A DNA stretch of 62,381 nucleotides, counting the filler, from Chrysochromulina tobinii (taxonomy: Eukaryota), in assembly GCA_001275005.1 (NCBI GenBank). It is 4 parts of 4 records of this genome, joined end to end, with 100 filler letters (N's around TTAATTAATTAA, not from the genome) between each part and the next. Parts side by side here need not be neighbours in the genome. Positions count along the whole stretch, not along the records: positions 28,924 to 49,946 come from JWZX01001250.1; 3 more parts are not named here. One strand, written 5' to 3'. The translations under genes were made by a program, and so were the position numbers. The notes under the pieces were generated by a model. It ran no database searches, was not told where the DNA came from, and saw nothing but the letters and a program-made list of their open reading frames with translations. Numbering within the stretch: position 1 is the first letter of the stretch; each line of letters begins with the position of its first letter. Shown in pieces: positions 32,061 to 43,903 of the stretch.

Positions 32061-33288
32061 GGGCGGGCGGGGCGATGGCTCCCATATGCCATCGGGCGCA
32101 TCCCGGCGCGCGGCCGATGCGCAAAGGGGGGCAGGGATATGTGCGACGCGACACGGGGCGGTGGGAGGGGCCGTTTGATGAGAGCGCATCTGGAGCGATC
32201 TCGGAGCAATCTCGGAGGATATCTCAGTGGCCTGAGGGTTGCACGAGCGAATGCGCGGAGCCGCGCCACATCGCTCCCATTGGACGGACCACGCAGGGAG
32301 TGTAGTTCACCGGGTGTGCGCTAAGACCATGTTCGACAGTTCGAGGTTGTGCCTGCGGTCGGGTCTGGCTATAGTGGAACTCTGGAAGGGGTGGCTAGGG
32401 TCAAGGGACAGTGAGTGAACGTGCGTCGTACTCGAGAAGTGCGTCACTCCGCGAGAGTCGAAACCAGTACCGTACGCGCTCGGCAACTAATGGAATAACT
32501 GCCCGTTCGCGTTCCGTTCGAAATACAAAACGGTTACGACTTACGTACGCTCTGATGTACTACGTACAACGTAGCATGTACGAACAAGATCGAAGTCGTA
32601 CGGCTACCGTACGCGCGACGTGCTTCGACGCGTCCTCGCGAACCGAACGGCGGGCGAAGGGACGAAAGGGAAAGCGCAATTTAACGTACACGGAACACGC
32701 GACCCGGAGGTGATCCGGACCGGCGACGCGTTTTCAATTTAACGTACGTTGCGGCGGCGGCGCGGCGGCAAACACGCGCACATGACGTACACACACCATG
32801 CCGGCGCGCGCGGTGGCATGCAATATATTGGGGGGCCGAAGGATGGCCGTGCACATGAAGCATGATGCTTGATGGCGACCGTGCCCCGGCCCGCGTGCAC
32901 TCTATAACCCCCCCAGACGCGGAGCGGTCCTCTCACACACGACGTATTACCCTCCGCGCCCGCGCCCCACATGACCAACACATGACCTGCTTTCGTGACG
33001 CCTGCGATCAGACGCCCGTCGGCTGCACTTCGCGCGCCCCCAAGAAACAGAGGGACACACACGACTCCGCACCCTCTCCCGTGCCCTTTCCCCCGATCCC
33101 GAGGATCCAGGACCACCCCGGCTCCACGGCCCCCCTCCCGGTGTACGCATGGCGTAGAGCCGACGCTCCAATGAGCGGCACTTCCCCTGCTTCACGGGAC
33201 GAGGCGCAGTGGCGGCGGTGGCGGCGGTGGCGGCGGCGGCGGCGGCGGCGGCGATGCGAGAGATGCGAGAGATGCGAGAACGGCGCCT

Positions 33289-36200
33289 TCATTGTGGCGG
33301 TGGCTTCTTCTTGCCGAAGGAGAGCTTGCGCACGAGCGTCGCTCCCATGCTCTCCTTCTTCACCTCGGGCGCCGGCGGCGGCTGGCCCGCCTCGGTCGCG
33401 CCATCCTCGACGGGCTTCTTCTTCGTCCGGCCGAACGAGAGGACGCGCGTGAGTGTGCTGACGGGCTTCTCGACTGGCTCGCCGGCCGCGGCACCCTCGG
33501 CCGCTTCCTTCTTGCGCCGTGTGAATGAGAGCTTCCGGCCGATGCTCGAGCGCGCCACTGCCGCGGGCGCCTCGGGCATCTCCTCACCATTTTCGGCCGC
33601 TTCGCGCCTGGCCAAGTTCTCCTGCCGCTTGGCGAGCTGCGCGGCCGCCTGCGCCCTCGCCTTCTTCGCGGTCTCGAGCTGCTGCAGCAGGCTCGCCCGG
33701 AACTTGTCCACCTCCTCCCTGCTCATCGTCTCCAACCGCTTCGAGAGCTCGAGCCGCATCGCATGGCCCTCGTGCTGCTGACGGGTAGCCATCGCCGCCG
33801 CGTGCAGAGCCCACGCCGAGCTCACTTCGGATTCGAGGGCCTTGCGCCGCTCACGCAGCGAGCGCACGTCGCGTGCGAGCATCAGAGTCTCGTCATCGAG
33901 CTGGAGCTTGCGTTGCAGCTCCTTCTTGATGACGTTCTTGTGCTCCTCAGACTTGGCCTCGGCCGCCTCGCCAGCAGCGGTGCACTCCTCCTCGGGAATG
34001 ATGACGCACGAGCAGTACTCGCAGATAAAGTCGGACACGGGCATGAAGGGCGTCACATCGATAAGCGACTGGCGCATCACGCCCGAGTGCATGCACACAG
34101 CATTGCAGTCGTCGAACTGACCCGAGCCCGCCTCAAAAAACATCTCCTGCGACTTGTGCAGCAGGTCGATCATGTGCTGCGTCTTGAGGAGCGAGAGCTT
34201 CTTCTCGTGGCACAGCTGGCGCGCGAGCGAGAGCTTCGCCTGTTGGCGCGATCGGCGCACGGTCGCGACGCCGAGCGACATCGCCAGCGCGGCGCGCTCC
34301 ATGGTTGGGTGGTCATCCGCCTGGAGGACGATCTCCCCCAGGTTGGTCGAGCGCGCGATGATCCGCATCGTGCCGCCGAGCACCTCCGGCTGCTTGCCGC
34401 CGGCGCCGACGAGCGTCGATTGGTTGAGGCAGATGACCTGTGCCGGCCACAGGCGCAGCGGCAGCGGCATCTCTGGCTGTGCGGCGAGCATGAAGAGCAG
34501 CAGCACGTCGCCCACGAGGAGAGCGAAGCGCTCCTGATGGCCCCCTTCGCCCGCGCGCTTCGAGACCTTGAGCATCGCGGCCGCGATCAGCGAGCCCTTG
34601 GCAGTCTTCGAGAGCAGCAGCTTGCGCCCGTCCTGCAGGGCACGCCCGCGCGAAGAGAAGAAGCCCGAGGCGCCAGAGCGAGGCGTCATCGAGCCGAGCA
34701 CCGTCTTGCGCATCATCCACGACGCCTTGCCGCTCTTGATCGAGTTGCGCGCTGAGAGCGATTGCGACCGCTCGAGATCGTTCGCATCCTCGTCGTATTC
34801 CCCTGTGCCGAGGCCGCCGAGCCCAAGCTTTGGTATCGCGCCGTCCTTGCCTAGCGTCCGCGAAGCTCGCACGTCGAGTGCCGCCGTGGCCGCAAGCAGC
34901 GCACGTGGATCCTGAAGCCCCTTTTCGGCTCCCGCCGCGCCGCCGCCCGGGGCATCCTCGTCCGAGTCCTCTGCTTGCAAGTCCGAGCCCTCAGACAAGT
35001 CATCGCCGTCACCCACATCGGCCGTCGACGCGGCCGTCGAGGACGCGTCGGCGGCTGTGGACGACGCGGCGTCTGCGTCGTCGCCGCCGAGCTTCCGGCT
35101 GAACTTCATCGACTTGGCCTCGCCAGGACTCTTCGTCTCGATCCCCTCGGCCACCGACACCATGCTGCTGCCACCAGTGGCGCGCGCGGCCGCCAGCTTC
35201 ATCTTCTGCTTGCGCGCCGCGTCGGCCGCCTCCTGCTCCGACTTGGCGGCCGCCTCCTGCCTCTCCATCGCCTCCTTACGCTCGCGAATCTTGCGCTCTC
35301 GGTCCTCCTTTTGCTTGCGCTTGAGCATGGCCTCGCGCTCCTGCCGGAGCTTGTCGCGGTACACGCGCGCCAAGTAGCCGCGCCCCATCTGCTGGATCCG
35401 GACGATGCCACGCGACTTGCGCTTTCGCAGCTGCCGCGCGCAGAAGCCACGCCCAAGCGCCTGCAGCACGTCGATGGCACGGCCATACCGGATCTCGCTC
35501 GCGCGACGCACCCACGAGCGGCCGACGAGATGGGCGATATTGGCCGATCGACGAAACTTCCAAAGCGCGCGCAACCGGCGCATCTTAGCCTCCAGGAAGA
35601 GGAGGCAGCGCACGGCGCTCACGCCTCGCCGGAAGCGCCATCGCGACAGCTGGCTCGACATCTTCTTGAAAAAGTTGGCGTCGAGCGCGCCGGCGCGCTC
35701 AGCGAGCGAGTCGACGAAGGCAAGCTTGCCGGACTTAAAAAAGGCCCGAGTGAGCCCAAGCAGGAAGTCCTTGTGCGACAGGTCGAAGGCTGTCAGCAGC
35801 GCGGCGGAGAACATCGAGGGGGGCAGGTGTTGCAGCTTGGGGGGGGCGAGAGGTTTGAATTGGCGCTCGAGCTGCTCAAACGAGACGCGCGTCGGGTAGC
35901 CGGCCGAGAGCAGGCGCACGGCGTCCACCATGCCCGAGTTGAGCAGCTGCTGCAGCACGAGCTCCGGGTTGAAAAGATTGGGCAGCTGCTCGTGGTTCGG
36001 CTTGATGCAGCGCACAAAGTGCGAGTGCGTCGCGCGCAGCGTGAGCATCAATATCTCGAGCTGGCGCGCGTACTTGTCGGCGACGAAGCCGGCGCGGCGC
36101 GAGCCGCCCGAGCGGCCGCCGCCGATGGCGTTCACGAGCGAGCCCTGCTGAAAGAGCTGCGAGAGGAGGAGGGACGATGCGGACGACATGCACAGCGAGA

Positions 36201-38154
36201 GATCCTCGTGCAAGTTATCCGTGTTCTTCGAGAGCCAGCCCTCGGTGCGATACACGACCTCACCGGCAAAGTGATTGACGACGAAAGCCTCCTTCTGCGT
36301 GAGCCGGTTGCCCTTATTGCGGCCCGTGCCGCTGGAGAGCTTCGGCGCGTCGATGACCTTCGACTTGCGGTTGGCGGTGAGCAGCCCTTCGGTCATCGCC
36401 TGATCTGACGAGTTGGGTAGGCGGGAGTGCTCGGTGAGGCTGTTGAAGATGGACGAGGGTGCCTTGCCGCTGATGACGTCGATCACCTCCGAGTTGTCTT
36501 CCCACTCCACGCCCGGCCACACGATGCCCTCGGCCGCGTAGATCTCCTGCTCCGTCTTGAAGAGGGAGATCGAGAAGTGCTGGTGCAGCTGCTCGTTGGT
36601 GAAGTTGATGAAGAGCTGCTCGAGCGAGTTGCGCTCAAAGTTCTCGAAGCCGTAGATGTCGAGGATGCCGAGGAAGCCGTGGTCGGTGGGCTGAACCTTC
36701 GAGTCGAGGAGCGCCGAGTTGACCTGCTGCACCACCCACCCAAAGAGCTTCAGGTACACTGCCTTCGTCAGCGCGTCACGCGAGGATCTGCTCTCGTCGG
36801 TCTTCAGCGGGATCTGCATCTCGGCGCCCTTGACCTTCATCGTGCGGAAGCTCAGCGCCTGCTGGAGCAGCGCGATGTTGGTGCACAGCAGCGACGAGGC
36901 GCGCTTGAGCTCCGCATGGTTCGTGACCATCGAGTCGCCGTTGGGGCTCTCGGCAAAGACCACCGAACCGAGCGCGAGCAGCCCCGAGAGGGTCTGGAAG
37001 AGCGCGGTGACCATCTCGGGCTTCACCTTGAGCATCGTCAGCACGCCGCACACCTCTCTGAAGTCGTTCGGGTCCTCGCCGCGACGCGCCGTCGCCTTGC
37101 CGCTTGCCGAGCGCAAGTACGTGTACTTGTTCAGGTCGCTGTCGAGCTGATACAACTTGCGCTGGTCGGCGGTGGAGCCCAGCACCATCTGGTAAAAGAT
37201 GTGATAGTTGCACTCGTTGAGTGAGTGCTGCACGACTCGCGTCGTCTCGAGCAGGTAGGTCTGGATCGTGGCGCCAAGGATGGCGCCCTCACGCGACACG
37301 ATCACCTGCGGGCAGACGCGCGAGTGCCGCCGGTCAGCGCGCTGCGCATGCCGAGGCGGCCAAGCTGGCGGCGGCCAAGGCGGCATGTGAAATGCTCTTC
37401 ACACCGCCATGTGAAAATGCTTCCAAGGCGCATGTGAAATGCTCGCACGTGCGGCGGTGAAGCACACCTGCACAAACTTGCCGAATCGGCTCGAGTTTTT
37501 GTTGAGGACGGTCTCGGCGTTCCCGAACGCCTCGAGCAGCGGGTTGGTCTGCACGAGCAGTTGCCCGAGCTCCTGCGACGACTTGGTCACGCCGGACACC
37601 TTCGTGTCCTTGGACACATAAGCGAGGTGGCGTAGCACGTACTTGCACGTCTCCGTCTTGCCCGAGCCAGACGGGCCGGAGACGATGATGGCCTGCGACT
37701 CGCCTTGCGCGACGAGCAGCCGGTACATGCGGTCCGCCACCGCGAAAATGTGCGGCGGCTGTGTGCCGATGGCCTGGCTCAGGTAGCGCTTGTGCTCCGA
37801 ATCATTGTAGATGCCGAGCTTGCGGAAGGGGTTGACCGCGATCAGGATGTGCCCCGTGTTGCTGTAGCAGCCCCCATCATCCTTGCCATTGTAACGGTGG
37901 CGCACATTGTGTAGGAGCGTCGCTTCGTTGAGCTCGCGCAGGTAGGTATTGTCCGGCAGGCCATCCTGCTTGTCGGAATTCACCTTGTGCACGTCATTCT
38001 CTTTGGCGTCTAGGAGGCCACCCTTTTGGAGTTTAATGTTGATCGTACCCTTGTGTGAATCAAAGCGCTCGATGGTTCCACGCTGGAAGCTCGCTTCCGT
38101 GCCAGTGTGGGCCCAGACCACCTCTCCCACAGCGAACTTGGGCTTTGTCGACAT
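33289..38154 (-). CDS. Myosin heavy chain (~1567 aa): SH3-like N-terminus, motor, IQ motifs, coiled coil, PH-like domain, basic tail; intron 37306-37467
   Basis: Motifs ILIAVNPF, PPHIFAVA, P-loop GPSGSGKT, NPLLEAFGNA.T..N.NSSRFGK, LDIYGFE, EQLFINFTNEQL, HFAGEV, HFVRCIKPN. IQ motifs LQALGRG and IQQMGRGYLAR. The GT-AG intron keeps the frame. Confidence 0.95.
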
Positions 38155-38422
38155 AGCCGCCAACCCGAGCCCTCAGCACAGCGCGGCCAGCGTGTGCGCG
38201 CACACGTACGACGGTGTGCCACGGGCGAAGCACCTGTCAGAGAAGCCACGTGCGCTGATGTCAGGGGATGGTCAGGCGCAGGGGGCTTCGGCGCAGGCGG
38301 CACTTGTCGCACCACCGCTGCGAGAGACGACAGACGTTTGGCTCTCTCTGTGAAGAGGCCGACACAAAAGGTCAGAACGCCCGGCGTCAGAACACCGCTA
38401 ACATGAATTTCACACCACGCTG

Positions 38423-41032
38423 TTACCACCAACCTTGGCCGGGCTCCACCTGCTGAGCTCGTTCCGCAGCGCGCCACAGCGCATTTTTGGGCGGGCGTGG
38501 GCCGAGGACCTCCTGCCCCGCCGGGCGCGGTAGCGCTCGCTTGGGCTGCCCCGCTCGCGTCAGCAGCACCTTGGAAGCTCTGTCCCCTCGCCGCGTCTTC
38601 GACACCGCCCCCCGGGGGCTCAAGGGCTGCTGGCGGCGCGCTTCGAAGATCGGCGGGGGCGCCGTCCGTGTCGCTGGAGATGCGCGTAACGGACGAAAGC
38701 GCATTCCATCTGCCGAGCCCGGCGCGATGGTCGCCGACGGCGCGGGCGCCAGGTACGGCGCGGGCGCCTGCTGCGCATCCCTCCACTCCTGCTGCGCGGC
38801 CTCGGCGTATGGATCGGCGCGCGTTGGCGCCCCCGTCCCCTGCGGCGCCCCCCACTGCGGCGCCTGCTGCATGGCCCGCCACGCTTGCTGGGCTGCCTCC
38901 TGCGGCGACCACGACGGCGCCTCGTCCGACGACCAGCTCGCCACCGCTGCGGCTCGCACCGCTGCGGCTCGCGCCGCTGCGGCTCGCTCCGCCTCCCCTG
39001 CCGCTCGCTCCGCTGCAGCCTCGCGCGCCAACAGCCGTTCCGCGGACTCTCTTGCGGTGGCCCACGCGGCCGCGGACGCCGCCGAGCTCTGCTGCGGCGC
39101 GTAGCCGTCCTGCGGCGTCTGCTGCCCATATGTAACGGCCGCCGTCGGGGTGGTGCTCGTCAGCGGCGAGGGCAGGCCACGCCCCTGCCACCAGCCGAGA
39201 GGGTCCAGCTTGAGGTTCTCGAGGCCCTCGAAGAAGATGGTCAGCGCGTCGCGCTTGAGGGGGTCTGCGCGCAGGGACTTCCATTGCCCAGGTGCTTGAG
39301 CGGATGCCGGCCAGGCCTGGGCGGGTGCCTGGCCCACTGGAGCTGACCATGCAGGGGACACTGTAGGGCGTTCGGGACGGCGCTGCGCACTCGGCTGCCT
39401 ACCCAGCTCCGTCCCGAGCGCCCATGCCCCGCGCGTGAGCTCGCCCGGTGGGGCACCCCCCCCGAGTGTCTCCTCGATCGCCTCGCGAATGTAGTTCGGA
39501 TTCTCGCGTGGCGGCGGCTTGCCCTCGGTCGCCGAAGCTGCTGACCGGCCGGAGACGGCCATTGCCAAGGCTTGGCCAGCAGCGAGCACGGAGAGGGCTG
39601 TGATGATCTGTGTGCTCGTGTCTTTCCAGTCGACCGGACCCACCTTGGCCGCCGTCTTGACCACGCTCGACGCCGCCTGGACCGCTAGCCCCGCCTGCTG
39701 CCGCGCCGCCGCCGCCTGCTTGTGGGCCTCCTCGGCCAGCTGCCGTGCCGCCGCCTCCTGCTCTCTCGCCGTCGTCTCGGCTTGCTTGGCGTCGGCGAGG
39801 GCGGCTTCAAGAGGCGCGCGCGCCGTCTCGAGGCTCGCCGCCGACTCGGCGAGCAGCTTCTCCAGAGCGAGTCGCACATCGGCCAGCTCGGCCTCCTTTG
39901 CGTTCACTCGCCTCTCAAGGACAGCTTGGACCTCCGCCAGTTGCGCCTCCTTCTCCGCCACCTGCTCTAGCAACGCCGCCTGCGCCTGCGCCGAGTGCGC
40001 TTCGGTCGTGGCCACCCTCGCCTCTAGGGCCGTCTGAGCAGCGACCAGGCTCGCCTTCTCCTCCTTGATCTTCGTCAGCTCCTCCTGCGCCGCCGCCAGC
40101 TGCGCCTCCTTCTCCGCCACCTGCGAAAGGAGAGCCGCCTTCTCCTGGGACGAGTGCGCTTCGGTCGTGGCCACCCTCGCCTCGAGGGCCGTCTGAGCCG
40201 CGACCAGGCTCGCCTTCTCCTCCTGATTCTTGCGCAGCTCCTCCTGCGCCGCCGCCAGCTGCGCTTCCTTCTTGCCCACCGTCTTCTGCAGCGCCGCCTG
40301 CGCCTCCTGCGCCTCCTGCGACTGCACCTCCGGCGGCGAGAGCGCCTCCTTCTCGGCTTCCCTCGTCTCGAGAGACGCCTGTGCCGCCGACGCTCTTGCC
40401 TGTGCGAGCTGGGCCTTCTTCTCGGCCACCTTTCTCTCTAGGGCGCTCTGAGCCTCCGATCGCTGCGCTTCCTTCTCCGCCAGCTTCTCCGCCAGCTTCT
40501 GCTTCAAGGCCGCCTGCTCGGCCTCCAGGTCCTTGACCGTGCCGGACATCGAGCTGAGCTGTGTCGCATAGGCCGCCTCGTTTGATTTGAGCTTGGCGGC
40601 GTAGGCCACCTCCGCCGCGGCTAGTCTCTCGGCGGCCAGTTTCTCGGCCGCCTCCGCCGCGGCCACGTTGTCCAATGCAATCTTGGCAACCTGTTCGGCC
40701 TTCTCCGCCACCGTCTTTTGGGTCTTGCTAAGCTCGATCGCCTGGGTAACCACGTCTGCCCCGATAGTATTGACGTCGGCACTTGCAGGTATGCCGCTCA
40801 TAGAGAGCAGCCCGATGACTCCCGCGCCGACAGCGCCGGCGACGAAGCCCGCAAAGGTCCGCTTAGCCACCCGCTTCTCGTACGCTTCCAGTTTGTTGAG
40901 CTTGTCCTCGCGAAACTCCTCGATCATGACGGGCGCGGTGGCGCGGGTGGCTGCGATGGCCGCCGGAGCCCGTGGTAGCCCCGGGCTGAACGGGTGAAAA
41001 CTCTGGGCCACGAGGAGGACCATAGGCAGCAT
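38423..41032 (-). CDS. Putative plastid-targeted coiled-coil membrane protein; 3' end uncertain
   Basis: Leader MLPMVLLVAQSF followed by an Ala/Arg/Pro-rich transit-like stretch. Two hydrophobic segments flank a long E/K/A/Q coiled coil with an internal ~135-nt duplication (EKEAQLAAAQEEL..EEKASLVAAQTALEARVATTEAHS). Confidence 0.7.
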   Translation of the reverse strand: MLPMVLLVAQSFHPFSPGLPRAPAAIAATRATAPVMIEEFREDKLNKLEAYEKRVAKRTFAGFVAGAVGAGVIGLLSMSGIPASADVNTIGADVVTQAIELSKTQKTVAEKAEQVAKIALDNVAAAEAAEKLAAERLAAAEVAYAAKLKSNEAAYATQLSSMSGTVKDLEAEQAALKQKLAEKLAEKEAQRSEAQSALERKVAEKKAQLAQARASAAQASLETREAEKEALSPPEVQSQEAQEAQAALQKTVGKKEAQLAAAQEELRKNQEEKASLVAAQTALEARVATTEAHSSQEKAALLSQVAEKEAQLAAAQEELTKIKEEKASLVAAQTALEARVATTEAHSAQAQAALLEQVAEKEAQLAEVQAVLERRVNAKEAELADVRLALEKLLAESAASLETARAPLEAALADAKQAETTAREQEAAARQLAEEAHKQAAAARQQAGLAVQAASSVVKTAAKVGPVDWKDTSTQIITALSVLAAGQALAMAVSGRSAASATEGKPPPRENPNYIREAIEETLGGGAPPGELTRGAWALGTELGRQPSAQRRPERPTVSPAWSAPVGQAPAQAWPASAQAPGQWKSLRADPLKRDALTIFFEGLENLKLDPLGWWQGRGLPSPLTSTTPTAAVTYGQQTPQDGYAPQQSSAASAAAWATARESAERLLAREAAAERAAGEAERAAAARAAAVRAAAVASWSSDEAPSWSPQEAAQQAWRAMQQAPQWGAPQGTGAPTRADPYAEAAQQEWRDAQQAPAPYLAPAPSATIAPGSADGMRFRPLRASPATRTAPPPIFEARRQQPLSPRGAVSKTRRGDRASKVLLTRAGQPKRALPRPAGQEVLGPRPPKNALWRAAERAQQVEPGQGWW

Positions 41033-41330
41033 CTTGATGAGAGGCCTCAGATGATGACACACATGGAAGCTTTGCGGCGCTTCGCTACAGAAAATCTGAA
41101 CCGAACGAGATTGGAGATCATGAACAACACGTGGGAGGTTTGGTGGTGCGTTTCCGGGTGAAATCTGTCTATAGTCGCCCTGCCGCCTGTGTCAGTCCAT
41201 GCAGACCTTTTTCGTATGTTTTTGTGAAGCGGGATCCCACCCCTCGCCTTTACAGGGTCGTGAGGCGAACTGCCCTTTTGGCCCGGCGGCGAGCTGTGCG
41301 CCCGCTCCACGTCGAAGCTGACGCTGCGCC

Positions 41331-41759
41331 ATGGACGGCGAGGAGGGCGACGACGAGGGGTCGCGTCCTCCTCCCCCGGTGGTCGTGCCTCGAACGACTG
41401 CGGCCGCACGGTTGAACCAGACGCTTGAAGAGCGCCGTGCATGGGTCTCTTCGACAGCCAGCAATTCAGGAGGGCTGTCGCCGACAGGGTCCCAAGGGCA
41501 GGAGCCCAGCGTGAACCGGCTGCCGCTCAGAGAGGTCGTCCAACGCTGTCTCGACGACTGGGGAATTCAGTCTGACTCGTCGGAAGATGACGACGACTTC
41601 TGCGGCTGGCGTGTTGGCAGCAGAGCACTGCCGCTGCCTGGCGAGCCTTGGCCCTTGCCCGGCGCTGGCCTACCACCTCCGCCCGCGCGCAGGCCGAGCT
41701 TAGGTGCTGGCGGCAGCGGCCGGCCACCCGGGAGGCTAAAAAGCTGCCTGCTGCAATAA
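41331..41759 (+). CDS. Small hypothetical protein
   Basis: 142-codon ATG ORF divergent from the previous gene; no domain recognised. Confidence 0.3.
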   Translation: MDGEEGDDEGSRPPPPVVVPRTTAAARLNQTLEERRAWVSSTASNSGGLSPTGSQGQEPSVNRLPLREVVQRCLDDWGIQSDSSEDDDDFCGWRVGSRALPLPGEPWPLPGAGLPPPPARRPSLGAGGSGRPPGRLKSCLLQ

Positions 41760-42379
41760 CCACGATCGTGCGCTGTTGCGCACTTGCTGCGTGAGGCCCG
41801 CAGCAGACGAGAGTCTGAACGCTTGAAGTTACTACGTGCATGCTCTAACCAGAACTATACCATACTGTACTGGGTGTCCGGGTGTTAACACCCACGATAC
41901 TATTTCAGAGTATACTATTCAGGGCGGTCTTCTGCGCCGTGCGGCGAGGGCGCGGTAGGCAAGCCCGCGCGTTAGCCGCGCGGCCACGACCCGCGCCCAC
42001 GTAAGCCGTCGCGCGCGCGCGCGCGCGAACGCCCCGACCGGCGACCGGACCGGCGGACGGGCCCGAGAGCGACCTCGCTCGACCGGTTCGCCCTACGCCA
42101 TGTCCCTGGAGCCGAGAGAGACGCCACGCGAGATGTGATATGCGACGCACGCTCGGAGGCTCGCCGTTCGCGTCATCCGGTCTCTCCCCAGACACTGATG
42201 ACACTCAGCACCGGGCACGCTCCATCGCGCGCATCGGCCCAATGACCGGCCCAGCGTCCCCACGAGAGTCTCCCCACACGCCAGACGCGGCTCGCGGGCA
42301 CCCATACGCGCCCGGCATGCCGACCGTCTACGGGGAAACCCTACTATCTGGACTATCTGGTTCGGAGGCAAATTTGGTC

Positions 42380-43903
42380 TCAGTGGCGATGTTCGCGATG
42401 GACCGACAGTGGATCCGGCTTGTCACTGTCACTGGATCCAGGTTTGATCGCCGCTCGGCTATTGTGCCAGGACGGATGGTAGGCTCCGTCGAGCGATGAA
42501 GGATTCAATCCGGAGCGTGGCGGTTCACGAGATTCCACAGGCATCTGGCAATACTCGAGCGTGTAGGACGTCTCGCGCCCGTCGGCCGACCGGCTATTCT
42601 GCTGCATGCCAAAGGGCTGCCTCAACGTGCGCGTGTAGTAGGAGAGGACGAAAGGCTGCTTGTCCGCGCCGATGACATGTTGCGAAATCTTCGGATCGGG
42701 CTCGCGACCATCGTACATCGTGCACACATACGACTTGCCCTCGGCAGGTGCCCACGAGCCGTCCGCACGACGGGTTGGGCCCGCCGTTGCTGGGCGCCCA
42801 ATACGACGCTCCGGCGGCGCGCTCGCCGGTGCGTATGGCTCCTTGGTGATAAGGGGCTGGCCCGGCGGGAAATGGCTGTATGGGTGGAAGAAACTCTTCG
42901 CCGGGCGGGCCGAGCTTGGGCGCTGCGGCGGCGGCTGGGGCTGGTGCTGCCGCGCCGCGCGAGCCGAGCACGGGCGCTTTGACGGCGGAGGATGGGGATG
43001 GGGATGCTGCAGCTGCAGCTGCTTCTGCTCAAGCTCGCGCCACTGCTGCTCGAGTCGCTCATCGAGCTGCTGCTGATGCTGATGATGATGATGATGGGCA
43101 TCAGGCGCAATGGCGGCCGGAGCTTGGGTCGCTGGCGTCGCTGTTGGATCGGAAAATTGCACTGCCCTGCTCGCGGCTGCGTCGACGGCGGGGCGTGGGG
43201 ACGTACTCGTAGGTGGTGATGCTGCTGCCGCCCGTTGCGAGTACAACTCCTTCTTCAGCTGAGTATATGCGTCGTACTTGCTACAGAGGTGCTCCCTCAC
43301 GTCACGCCGCAGAGCTGCCGACGGAGGGGCTTGCTCCGGCGCGAGGAGTCCCTGCTCGAGGAGCAGTGCGCGCAGCTTTGCGATACGCTTCTCGTGCTTG
43401 GCGAGTTTCAGGAGCTGATCGCGTATCTCATACGTTGTGCTGTCGTCATAGACATGCGGGCGAGCCAGCTGCTGCACATCGAAAGCGTTGGGTTGGCCCC
43501 AAGGTGGCTGTGTGGTGGTTGCGGCGCGGCCGGTGCCTGGCTTCTTCTCGAAGAGGTGCCCTTCCTTGCCGCCCCGCATCATGAGCATGTCGGAATTACA
43601 AGCATCATATCCATTGACCCAGGTGCGAGCGGGCGTCGGCACGTAGGCGACAGTCACCGTGGGACTCCTTGCCCAGCCCGACCGTGGCCAAGGTATCCCT
43701 GGAGCCCCGCCTGGAAAAAATTCTCTGGAGTTTGGTGATACGCCTTCGACGAGTATCGCAGAGGCGGAGTCGGGGGCGGCAGCTTTTGCGGCTTGACTTC
43801 CTTGGGGTCCGGGGCCTTTTTTGCCTTCTCCCACACCCTGCGCTTGCGGCGCAGCGCGCGCAGCAGCTCTTCGACCAGCTCCTCCCTGGCCGTGATGTCC
43901 CAT
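42380..43903 (-). CDS. Hypothetical protein with a His/Gln-rich low-complexity region; start uncertain
   Basis: 507-codon ORF. Central helical part (IRDQLLKLAKHEKRIAKLRALL) and RPxSA/RPATA motifs; no family assigned. Confidence 0.5.
   Translation of the reverse strand: MGHHGQGGAGRRAAARAAPQAQGVGEGKKGPGPQGSQAAKAAAPDSASAILVEGVSPNSREFFPGGAPGIPWPRSGWARSPTVTVAYVPTPARTWVNGYDACNSDMLMMRGGKEGHLFEKKPGTGRAATTTQPPWGQPNAFDVQQLARPHVYDDSTTYEIRDQLLKLAKHEKRIAKLRALLLEQGLLAPEQAPPSAALRRDVREHLCSKYDAYTQLKKELYSQRAAAASPPTSTSPRPAVDAAASRAVQFSDPTATPATQAPAAIAPDAHHHHHQHQQQLDERLEQQWRELEQKQLQLQHPHPHPPPSKRPCSARAARQHQPQPPPQRPSSARPAKSFFHPYSHFPPGQPLITKEPYAPASAPPERRIGRPATAGPTRRADGSWAPAEGKSYVCTMYDGREPDPKISQHVIGADKQPFVLSYYTRTLRQPFGMQQNSRSADGRETSYTLEYCQMPVESREPPRSGLNPSSLDGAYHPSWHNSRAAIKPGSSDSDKPDPLSVHREHRH

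Noticed and set aside
34975..37224. Long plus-strand ORFs (477 aa and 265 aa)
   Set aside because: Antisense shadows of the myosin coding region.
20839..38154. Endocytosis gene cluster (AP2M1, EHD, myosin)
   Set aside because: AP2M1 and EHD/myosin lie on different contigs separated by an artificial spacer, and three common genes do not establish clustering.
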